Below are positions 9,475 through 16,192 of a stretch of DNA of 37,191 nt, piece by piece. The notes under the pieces were generated by a model, which was given only the letters and a program-made list of their open reading frames with translations, ran no database searches and was not told the origin of the DNA. Each line of letters opens with the position of its first letter. Within the stretch, counting starts at the first letter, position 1. Source of the DNA: a virus (taxonomy: Duplodnaviria; Caudoviricetes); the IMG/VR virus record IMGVR_UViG_3300017565_000015, positions 1-37,191 of that record, one strand, 5' to 3'. The position numbers and the translations under genes are program-made.

Positions 9475-9828
9475 ATGGATTTCGAAAAGGGAATCTATGC
9501 GGGCCTGGCGTTGCTGATCACAGGGTTTGTGGGTAAGTGGCTCGTGCCGCTGCTCATCCGGACCCTGGACAACAGCGTAGCCAACGCTGCAGCATCAGGC
9601 GGCGCGCTGGCGACGATCACCGCCGAGCGTGACCAATGGAAGATGCGCGCGATCGAGCTGGACAGACAACTCCAGGAAATGCGTGCGGACTGGGCGTCTA
9701 TGAAGGGAGACATGCGACTGATCAAGTATCAGCTTCACGAGGCGCGCGTGCGGATTGCCCAATTGACGGGCGAGCCGCCACCGACTACCGAAGATGAAGT
9801 CGGAGAGGACTATGGGAAAAGTCATTGA
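9475..9828 (+). CDS. Membrane protein with coiled coil, candidate holin/antiholin
   Basis: N-terminal hydrophobic segment followed by coiled coil; lies in the lysis cassette. Confidence 0.5.
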   Translation: MDFEKGIYAGLALLITGFVGKWLVPLLIRTLDNSVANAAASGGALATITAERDQWKMRAIELDRQLQEMRADWASMKGDMRLIKYQLHEARVRIAQLTGEPPPTTEDEVGEDYGKSH

Positions 9829-10249
9829 GCGGCTGTGCCGCTGCGACGCAGAGCGGGCCAACTACCTGGTTCGGTGCCTCAAGGCGTGGGCTGCCTATCT
9901 TGGGATTCTGTGCCTTGGCGGCATGATCTTCGGGGCGCCGTTGTATGTGTGGTTCGACCGGGCGCTTACGTCCTCAGACGCTGCGCACCAGGAGGAAGTC
10001 ACACGTATGCAGACGATCAATCAGGAACTGATCGTCATCATCAAGGACCGGCTGCCGCCCATTGCGGCACAAGCCGACGCTGCGATCCAAGCGGCCAAGG
10101 GCGCCGCCACAAAGGCAAGCACGGCAGCATCTAAGGCCAGCGCCGCGGCCAAGTCGGCCAATACGATCGTGAAGAAGGTCGACGAGGTGCTTTCGCCTCC
10201 ACCGCCGCCGGCGCCTGCGCGCGTGCCTGACTGGCTGAACACCCCATGA
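9812..10249 (+). CDS. Single-TM membrane protein in the lysis cassette
   Basis: GAGGA RBS; one hydrophobic segment then an Ala/Lys-rich helix; coupled to Rz. Confidence 0.5.
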   Translation: MGKVIERLCRCDAERANYLVRCLKAWAAYLGILCLGGMIFGAPLYVWFDRALTSSDAAHQEEVTRMQTINQELIVIIKDRLPPIAAQADAAIQAAKGAATKASTAASKASAAAKSANTIVKKVDEVLSPPPPPAPARVPDWLNTP

Positions 10250-10758
10250 TCGCCACTGTGCTCAAGACGCTGGCAGGCTGGAAGGGCTACGCCGCGGCGG
10301 CCGTGGCCGGCGCTGCACTGATTGCGGGCGGGGTAATCGCCTGGAATGCACACGGCAACAGCCGATATCGTGCGGGCGTCGAACAAACTGAGCTAGCGAT
10401 GGCCGCCAATGCCCGCCAGATCGAGGCGCAGTACCGGCGTCAGGAACAAGAGATGGCGGCCGACTACGCGCGCCGCCTGGAGGAAGCCAATGATGCGATC
10501 CGCCTTTCGAATGCTGAGCGTGACCTTGCCGCTGGCGCTGCTGGCAGCCTGCGGGACGCCATCGCCATCCAGCGTGCCCGAGCCGCCCAAGCAGCCGCCC
10601 GTGCCGGCCTCTCTGAGCAAGCCGCTACCCGAGCCTGGGATGTACTCAAAGCGTGCACGGAAGAATATGCAGCGCTGGCAGGAGATGCTGACTCAGCCAT
10701 CGACGGACTGAGGGAGGGGGACGCCTGGGCGAAGGCCGCGGCCGGCCTCAAGCGGTAA
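10246..10758 (+). CDS. Rz: i-spanin (Rz-like)
   Basis: N-terminal TM plus coiled coil; contains an embedded lipoprotein gene. Confidence 0.8.
   Translation: MIATVLKTLAGWKGYAAAAVAGAALIAGGVIAWNAHGNSRYRAGVEQTELAMAANARQIEAQYRRQEQEMAADYARRLEEANDAIRLSNAERDLAAGAAGSLRDAIAIQRARAAQAAARAGLSEQAATRAWDVLKACTEEYAALAGDADSAIDGLREGDAWAKAAAGLKR
10490..10711 (+). CDS. Rz1: o-spanin (Rz1-like lipoprotein), fully embedded in Rz
   Basis: GGAGG RBS; signal peptide with lipobox LLAAC; Pro-rich mature part; +1 frame. Confidence 0.85.
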   Translation: MMRSAFRMLSVTLPLALLAACGTPSPSSVPEPPKQPPVPASLSKPLPEPGMYSKRARKNMQRWQEMLTQPSTD

Positions 10759-10773
10759 CGCAATAATCCAGAC

Positions 10774-10890
10774 CTACCACGTCTGCATGAATTCTTTTTC
10801 TTCTTCCGTCATCTTGTCATGGTCTTTTCCGGCGGACCGGAGAGCGAAAAACAAGGCAACGACTAACAGCGCATCGATGATGTAGGACAT
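10774..10890 (-). CDS. 38-aa small membrane protein (MSYIIDALLVVALFFALRSAGKDHDKMTEEEKEFMQTW)
   Basis: Translated by hand; GGAG RBS 8 nt upstream; TGcTAACCT extended -10 at 10919-10927. Confidence 0.6.
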   Translation of the reverse strand: MSYIIDALLVVALFFALRSAGKDHDKMTEEEKEFMQTW

Positions 10891-10937
10891 GGTCGGTACT
10901 CCGCAGGTTGATGGTTAAAGGTTAGCACGGCCTTCGT

Positions 10938-11156
10938 CTAGGCCGGATCCGCCCGCTTGGCCTGCCAGAACCAGTGGCTGAACTTGCCGCGCTTGGCCTT
11001 CTGCTTGCGGAAGGTGAGGCGGACCCGGCCGGCGTGGCCGGCGTCGATTTCCACGAAGTGATCGCGGTCCTCTGCCGTGACGGCCGGCGGCAGCGTCTTG
11101 ATGGCCGCGGCGACGTACTGCCCGCCGACCTGTTCCAGGATTCCGTTGTCGTTCAT
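10938..11156 (-). CDS. Hypothetical protein (72 aa) directly downstream of the integrase
   Basis: ATG 2 nt after the int stop; protein-like composition. Confidence 0.6.
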   Translation of the reverse strand: MNDNGILEQVGGQYVAAAIKTLPPAVTAEDRDHFVEIDAGHAGRVRLTFRKQKAKRGKFSHWFWQAKRADPA

Positions 11157-11158
11157 GC

Positions 11159-12142
11159 TCAATCCAGTTTGTTGGCGATCTCGGTGGCGCTCTCGCGGTA
11201 GTAGGTCATGAGGCTGCGCGGATCCCGATGGCCGACCATGCGCGCCAGCTCCAGCAGGTCCAGCTTCTTGGCCAGGCGCGTAATCGCCGTGGCGCGCGCG
11301 TCGTGGAAGGTGGGTCCGTCGATCTTGGCCAGCGTCTTGCCCTGACGGAAGTAGGCGTCGCGCAGGCCGGCGTTGACCGTGAAGACCTTGTCTTCGTCGA
11401 TACCCTTCATGGCTTCCAGCAGCTCGACCGCGCGGCGCGACAGCGGCACATCCCGGGCGTCGCCGTTCTTCGACTTGGGCAGATGGAGCATGCGCCGTTC
11501 CAGATGCACGTGCTTCCATTCCAGCGTCAGGATCTCGCCCGAGCGCATAGCCGTTTCCAGGGCAAGCAGGAACGCGACTGCCGTCTGCTCGCGCTTGTCC
11601 TTGGGCGTGCCGCCCTCGTAGCCCAGCGCGGTAACGATGCGCTCGGCCTGGCCCTCCTGGAAGATCACCTTGCGCGCCGGGTTGTCCTGCGGTTTGATGA
11701 CGTCGGGCCAGGGGTCATGGTCCACGTACCGCCATTCGCCCAGCTTGGCGCGCGTCCAGATGGCGCGCAGCAAGCCTATCTCGCGCAGCACCGTGGCGCC
11801 CTGGACCTTGGCAAGGCGGCGATCCCGCCACGCCGCCAGATCGGCCGGGCCTATGTCCTGCATGACCATCTTGGCGACCTGGTCCGTCTTCATGGCCGCG
11901 ATCCGTGCCTTCTCCCATCGCTCGCCCGCCTTCTCCGGGCTCACTTCGTCGGCGTACCGCTGCATGACGTCGGCGAGCGTCCAGCGCGTCACCTTGCCGG
12001 CGCGCACGTTCGCCAGTTCCAGCTCGCGCCGGTTGGCCCAGTCCATGGCCTCTCGTTTGGTGGAAAAGGTCTTGCTTTCGCGGTGGCCGTTGCGGGCGAC
12101 TTCGGCCCGCCACGAATCCCCGCGCTTTCTGAAAGTGGGCAT
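11159..12142 (-). CDS. int: Tyrosine integrase
   Basis: TAMRSGE, SKNG, FHDARAT, VGHRD...TYY catalytic R-K-H-R-H-Y set; likely start MPTFRKRG. Confidence 0.93.
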   Translation of the reverse strand: MPTFRKRGDSWRAEVARNGHRESKTFSTKREAMDWANRRELELANVRAGKVTRWTLADVMQRYADEVSPEKAGERWEKARIAAMKTDQVAKMVMQDIGPADLAAWRDRRLAKVQGATVLREIGLLRAIWTRAKLGEWRYVDHDPWPDVIKPQDNPARKVIFQEGQAERIVTALGYEGGTPKDKREQTAVAFLLALETAMRSGEILTLEWKHVHLERRMLHLPKSKNGDARDVPLSRRAVELLEAMKGIDEDKVFTVNAGLRDAYFRQGKTLAKIDGPTFHDARATAITRLAKKLDLLELARMVGHRDPRSLMTYYRESATEIANKLD

Positions 12143-12371
12143 TGGCGTAATCTCTGGCGTACGTTTGGCGTACGAGATTAGCAAAAACAGTGGTGGGATG
12201 TGGTGCCGAGTGGCGGGGTGGGTTCTGACCGGCACCACCAAACGCCTATGAAGATGGCGTAGGGTGGCGTAATGTTGGATGGTGTGGTGTTACGGGGTGG
12301 TGCCCGAGACCGGACACCCAAACCCCAGCATTCACGCGGCTCTTGACGCAGCTTGGCGTAAAGATGGCGTT
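12143..12371. repeat. Integrase arm-type sites: TGGCGTA direct repeats
   Basis: TGGCGTA at 12143, 12155, 12166, 12255, 12265 and 12354; TGGCGTT at 12365; they flank the att core. Confidence 0.75.
12298..12314 (-). other. attP: attP core matching a tRNA 3' end (TCCGGTCTCGGGCACCA, Leu-like)
   Basis: Reverse complement reads as the T-stem 3' side, acceptor stem and ACCA; lies between xis and int. Confidence 0.75.
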
Positions 12372-12568
12372 CGACGGCCATCGGGTGCTTGCCGAGTCGC
12401 CTCGATCCATTCCAGGATTTCGGCCTTGTCGTACAGCTTCCGTCCACCGATTCTAAACGGTCGCGGGAAGTCGGCGCGCTTGCAGACGCGGTCGCGCACG
12501 TGCGCCGGGTTCATGCCGCCGAGCAGTTCGGCGATCTTGTTGGTGTCGATCAGGTCGCGCTCGGTCAT
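12332..12568 (-). CDS. xis: Excisionase/AlpA-like winged-helix protein
   Basis: DFPRPFRIGGRKLYDKAEILEWI; adjacent to attP and int. Confidence 0.8.
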   Translation of the reverse strand: MTERDLIDTNKIAELLGGMNPAHVRDRVCKRADFPRPFRIGGRKLYDKAEILEWIEATRQAPDGRRTPSLRQAASRAA

Positions 12569-12700
12569 TCAAAGCTCCTTGATGATCTTTTGGCCGCAGC
12601 GGCGGCAAACGTGGCCGAGGTAGAGCTGTCGGCGGTCCATCGCAATGCGGAAGTCGTGGCCGAACAGCCAGCCGGCCAGGCCTTTGCATTTGTTGTTCAT
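12569..12700 (-). CDS. 43-aa Zn-finger-like phage protein (C..LFGH...CRRCG, DUF1660-like)
   Basis: Translated by hand; ends immediately before the xis ATG. Confidence 0.6.
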   Translation of the reverse strand: MNNKCKGLAGWLFGHDFRIAMDRRQLYLGHVCRRCGQKIIKEL

Positions 12701-12927
12701 CCGTGTCCCTTTAATGAGTCGTCGCCGCGCTCAAGGCGCGATAAATGAGGCATTTCATCCAGCAGCGCCATCGCGTCGGCATAGGCCCGCATGGCGCGCT
12801 GCTCGTCGATCTGTTCGGCCCCGAGGGTTTCGGCGCACTCGCGGAGCTGGGCGGCCAAGCGTGGGACGATCCCTTGAAGCTGGCGCAGTTCGGCCAAAGC
12901 GTTGACGACGATCTGGTTGTTGATCAT
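12697..12927 (-). CDS. Hypothetical protein
   Basis: Start MINNQ, coupled to both neighbours. Confidence 0.5.
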   Translation of the reverse strand: MINNQIVVNALAELRQLQGIVPRLAAQLRECAETLGAEQIDEQRAMRAYADAMALLDEMPHLSRLERGDDSLKGHG

Positions 12928-13301
12928 TACGGCTCCTTGTCGTCGCTGGCGACGTCTAGAGGCAGCGCCATGGTGTGCGCGCACGGAGGTTCGGGGATTG
13001 CCTCGCCGGCCGGTACGAACGCCGCGCAGCAGGGCTGGCCCCTCTTGTCGTATTGCCACTCCACCGGGTATTCGGCATCGCCGGGCTTGAATGCCATAGA
13101 CCGCCCGATCAGGTTGCACACCTCGTTGTCGTCGCATTCGTTGACGTCGCCACCCTCGCGCATGGTGCGGTCACGGGCACAGCCGCGGCACCAGGCCTCG
13201 AAGAAGAATTCGCCCTCGGTGCCATTGGATGGCTGGTAGGGCTGGCCAGCGCGCTCGGCATTGAGTGCGGCATGTCGGGCGGGCAGAATCGGGCTAGGCA
13301 T
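12927..13301 (-). CDS. Cys-rich hypothetical phage protein
   Basis: PYQPSNGTEG...WCRGC motif; coupled start. Confidence 0.6.
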   Translation of the reverse strand: MPSPILPARHAALNAERAGQPYQPSNGTEGEFFFEAWCRGCARDRTMREGGDVNECDDNEVCNLIGRSMAFKPGDAEYPVEWQYDKRGQPCCAAFVPAGEAIPEPPCAHTMALPLDVASDDKEP

Positions 13302-13656
13302 TTGCGCCTCCGTCCTTGTGGTCGGGGTGGGCGGGGCTGAGCCATTCGGCAAGTACCTTGCTGGCTGCCGCATCCCTGGCCTCGCGTGCCGTCCGGATGT
13401 CTTGGTCCAGATCGCGGAATGGAACCCGGGCGCGGCTGCGCTGGAGCGTATAGCCGCGGCGCCCCATGAACCGGAGGAAGACGTCGATGACGTAGACCTG
13501 TCCCGTAACCCAGTCGACCTTTTGGGCAATATCGTTGCCCTGCAAGTTGATGATTTCGTGCATGGCCTTGAACAGATCCTTCTGGTCATGGAAGTCGCGC
13601 AGTGGTGGCGGCAAGTGAGAGCCGTTTTCGAGCCATGCGGTGGTCGCGTCATGCAT
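13294..13656 (-). CDS. Hypothetical phage protein
   Basis: Start MHDATT overlaps the upstream stop; LPPPLRDFHDQKDLFK. Confidence 0.65.
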   Translation of the reverse strand: MHDATTAWLENGSHLPPPLRDFHDQKDLFKAMHEIINLQGNDIAQKVDWVTGQVYVIDVFLRFMGRRGYTLQRSRARVPFRDLDQDIRTAREARDAAASKVLAEWLSPAHPDHKDGGANA

Positions 13657-14812
13657 CGCTCTGCTCCTTCTGCGCGCCCGGTTGCGCGGACAGGGCGGCG
13701 CGGGCAGTCTTTGAGTGCTGGTCAGCGGTTCCCCACTTGGCCCGGGTCGCGTTGAAGCAGTCGGGAGCACGTCGATTCGGGTGGTTTGGGTCTTTCGAGC
13801 CGCAGCACAGCCAGTACTTTTGCTGACTGCCCGGCCGCTGCGCGTCCAACGCTTTGCGAAGATCGGCGCACAGGCTATCCGCGCGACCGCCGCCAGTTTC
13901 AATCCAGCTAATCGCCTCCCGCACCAGGGCATGGAGACGTTCGGCCGGCGCATCGCGCACTGCCTCGCTGGCCTGGGACTGTAGTAGCGCCGCCGCCGCT
14001 TTCAATTCGTCGCGGCACTTATGCCACATGGCTTCGGCGCTATTGGCGCGGCATAGCGCAGCCCCAAGGGCGGCTTCTAAGTCCTGCGCCTCGCTGGCCT
14101 GCGAAGCATCTTCCGACCGCTTCCAATCGTCCGCCGTTGCGGCTCGAATAAACGCACCCGTCTTGACTGGTGCCTCAAGCCACTGATACCAGTCGGCGAA
14201 GCCTTCGGGAGCGGGGCCGTGCAATACGCACTGCTTGATGACCAGCTGCTCCTCGCTGGCCTGGGGCGCGGCAGGCGGCTCTGTACCTGCGCGGGCCTGC
14301 GTTTCACGGCAATGGGTCATGTTGGATGCAAGGTTTTCCAGGGCTTCCTCCGCCGTCGAAATACCGTCCCTGATGTTGCGGATCCACTGCACGCCGTTGC
14401 AGGCCATATCCGCCCATTCATTGGCGGCGTGGCGTTGTAATTCCCAGCGCGCCAGCAGTCCACGGATATGCGCCTCCCCGGCTACAGGGGCGCTTGCCAG
14501 GGCGGCGCGGGCTTGCCATGTATCCCAAGCCTCCTTTGTCGCGGTCCACATGTACTGTCCATGCGTCGCGTGGCGTTCCAAATACAGCTCGTCGAGACCA
14601 GTCCTCCGCTGGAACCGCTCAAACGCCGCCCGCTCATCGGCTACAGGGGCGCCCAGCTTGGACAGCAGGGCGGATTCGATGGCGCGGGCGATGCACTGCC
14701 CGAGGTTGAAGTCGTGATCCCCGGGTCGGACGGCGAGCCGGCGAAGCACATTTGTGATTTCGTCATCCGTCAGCTCGGCTTCCTGCGCCGGGGCGGGGGT
14801 GTGGGTGGTCAT
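13649..14812 (-). CDS. Mosaic early protein with repeated linkers (Ea22/EaA-like architecture)
   Basis: 387-aa ORF; APVA(D/G)E x2 and QASE x3 linkers. Confidence 0.65.
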   Translation of the reverse strand: MTTHTPAPAQEAELTDDEITNVLRRLAVRPGDHDFNLGQCIARAIESALLSKLGAPVADERAAFERFQRRTGLDELYLERHATHGQYMWTATKEAWDTWQARAALASAPVAGEAHIRGLLARWELQRHAANEWADMACNGVQWIRNIRDGISTAEEALENLASNMTHCRETQARAGTEPPAAPQASEEQLVIKQCVLHGPAPEGFADWYQWLEAPVKTGAFIRAATADDWKRSEDASQASEAQDLEAALGAALCRANSAEAMWHKCRDELKAAAALLQSQASEAVRDAPAERLHALVREAISWIETGGGRADSLCADLRKALDAQRPGSQQKYWLCCGSKDPNHPNRRAPDCFNATRAKWGTADQHSKTARAALSAQPGAQKEQSDA

Positions 14813-16188
14813 GCTGCCTCCTTAGATTCGGCTGCTGAGAAGATGGAATGCTGCTGCTGCCACTCGCGGAACTTGGCCGTTTCCAAGGCCGTTAAGTCTG
14901 TCCACCCGGTGGGCCACCCCATTAGCCACTCGACCCACGTCGGGTTCAGGGGGCCATTCATTTCCGATGGCGAGACCATGGTGGCCATCTTCTTCCGAGC
15001 GCCAGCGCCGCCCCATTTGCATAGGGCCGCGCCGCCGCTTGATTTCATCGTGGTCGGTGTCGGGTAAAGGTTGGCGGCCAGGCTGAGCGGGGTTCCGCCC
15101 TGTGCATACGGTTTTGATCGCTGCCCCGTATCGCTTGCGGTCGGAGTCGGCCACATCCGCACCGCGGCTTCCAGGCCCACCTGCACCTTCCGGCCGTTGT
15201 GATACGCCGTCTTGCCGCGCCAATCCGTGACATGCGCAACGCTGCGGCCGCCGTTCGGGACGTTCGGCGTAGGCCACAATCCAGATTCGTTCGCGGAGGT
15301 GCTGAGCTCCGGTGTCGGCTGCGGACACGACTCCCCATTCCGCATCGAACCCCAGCGCGGCCAGGTCCCCGAGAACGGTTCCGAGTCCCCGAGAAGTGAG
15401 AATTGGGCTGTTTTCCACGTAGACGAAGCGCGGTCGAACCTCAGCCACGATCCGGGCCATTTGGCTCCAGAGGCCGGATCTTGCGCCAGCCAGTCCTGCG
15501 CCGCGTCCTGCCGCGCTGATGTCCTGGCACGGGAATCCGCCAGATACCACGTCAACAATGCCGCGCCACGGTCTTCCGTCAAAACTGCACACGTCAGACC
15601 AAATCGGGAAAGGTCGGAGGGTTCGATCGTTTTGTCTTGCCGCGAGAACTTGTGCGGCGTAGGCATCACGTTCAACTGCGCAGACGGTTCTCCATCCGAG
15701 CAGGTGGCCGCCGAGAATTCCTCCACCAGCTCCCGCAAAGAGCGCAAGTTCACGCATACCGACCCCTTGAATTCCTCGCCCGATTGGCTTCCATGGCATG
15801 CCGCCTTGAGTGCTCCGCATGACTCATCACCTCCAGGTTCTCCAGACGGTTGTCCGTCTTCACTCCGTTGATGTGGTGGACGCACTCGGTTGGCAACAGG
15901 CGTCGGCCAAGGTGAAGCTCCATCACCATGTCGTGGACATGCATCTCCTTTCGCCCGTCGGCATAGGGGTGTTTGGCCGCATACATCCTCAGGTGACCGT
16001 CCCGAGTCAAGCGCTGTTTGTAGGGCTTCGATTGCAACCCTGTGCGTTGACCCCGGCGCCCCTTCCCGTTGTTCTTCTGCCGACAACTCAGGGAGCAGAA
16101 AGCCTGCCCTTTCCGCTTCGGCTTGAATTCGCAGGTACAAACTGGACAGATGCTCATCTATCAGCCTTTTTGAAAAGAGCCAGCTCAT
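14809..16188 (-). CDS. C5 methyltransferase beta subunit in an alternative frame (TRD-like repeats plus motif IX); start uncertain (16188 ATG or 15753 GTG)
   Basis: Carries LNPTWVEWLMGWPTGWT (motif IX), which is missing from alpha; its stop is ATGA-coupled to the next gene. Confidence 0.7.
   Translation of the reverse strand: MSWLFSKRLIDEHLSSLYLRIQAEAERAGFLLPELSAEEQREGAPGSTHRVAIEALQTALDSGRSPEDVCGQTPLCRRAKGDACPRHGDGASPWPTPVANRVRPPHQRSEDGQPSGEPGGDESCGALKAACHGSQSGEEFKGSVCVNLRSLRELVEEFSAATCSDGEPSAQLNVMPTPHKFSRQDKTIEPSDLSRFGLTCAVLTEDRGAALLTWYLADSRARTSARQDAAQDWLAQDPASGAKWPGSWLRFDRASSTWKTAQFSLLGDSEPFSGTWPRWGSMRNGESCPQPTPELSTSANESGLWPTPNVPNGGRSVAHVTDWRGKTAYHNGRKVQVGLEAAVRMWPTPTASDTGQRSKPYAQGGTPLSLAANLYPTPTTMKSSGGAALCKWGGAGARKKMATMVSPSEMNGPLNPTWVEWLMGWPTGWTDLTALETAKFREWQQQHSIFSAAESKEAA
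14822..15757 (-). CDS. DNA cytosine-C5 methyltransferase, alpha subunit
   Basis: Motif I LFAGAGG, IV GGFPCQDIS, VI VENS, VIII HLRERIW, X LGNGQVP; no motif IX. Confidence 0.9.
   Translation of the reverse strand: MRELALFAGAGGGILGGHLLGWRTVCAVERDAYAAQVLAARQNDRTLRPFPIWSDVCSFDGRPWRGIVDVVSGGFPCQDISAAGRGAGLAGARSGLWSQMARIVAEVRPRFVYVENSPILTSRGLGTVLGDLAALGFDAEWGVVSAADTGAQHLRERIWIVAYAERPERRPQRCACHGLARQDGVSQRPEGAGGPGSRGADVADSDRKRYGAAIKTVCTGRNPAQPGRQPLPDTDHDEIKRRRGPMQMGRRWRSEEDGHHGLAIGNEWPPEPDVGRVANGVAHRVDRLNGLGNGQVPRVAAAAFHLLSSRI
15750..16157 (-). CDS. Free-standing HNH endonuclease with N-terminal Zn finger
   Basis: CPVC...FCSLSC; VHHINGVKTDNRLENL (HNH_3 type). Confidence 0.88.
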   Translation of the reverse strand: MSICPVCTCEFKPKRKGQAFCSLSCRQKNNGKGRRGQRTGLQSKPYKQRLTRDGHLRMYAAKHPYADGRKEMHVHDMVMELHLGRRLLPTECVHHINGVKTDNRLENLEVMSHAEHSRRHAMEANRARNSRGRYA

Positions 16189-16192
16189 TCAT
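16154..16192 (-). pseudogene. Remnant original methyltransferase 5' end (MNELALFKKADR*)
   Basis: Matches MRELALF at 15757; same frame, 435 nt upstream; coupled to the upstream stop and the HNH ATG. Confidence 0.75.

Noticed and set aside
6935-11156. BPP-1-type diversity-generating retroelement
   Set aside because: No reverse transcriptase, Avd or TR/VR repeat pair is visible anywhere in the window
12143-12371. CRISPR-like array or full tRNA gene
   Set aside because: The repeats are 7 bp and irregularly spaced; only about 17 nt of a tRNA 3' end is present
14822-15300. Methyltransferase as a frameshifted pseudogene or sequencing error
   Set aside because: Both frames are open throughout, alpha regains motif X, and the arrangement matches the M.EcoHK31I precedent
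14822-16157. HNH plus MTase as a restriction-modification pair
   Set aside because: The HNH is of the phage homing (HNH_3) type and the duplicated MTase start points to insertion; not fully excluded
15758-16171. Group I intron or intein carrying the HNH
   Set aside because: The ORF fills nearly the whole insert, leaving no room for a ribozyme core; the HNH is in a different frame and lacks intein terminal residues
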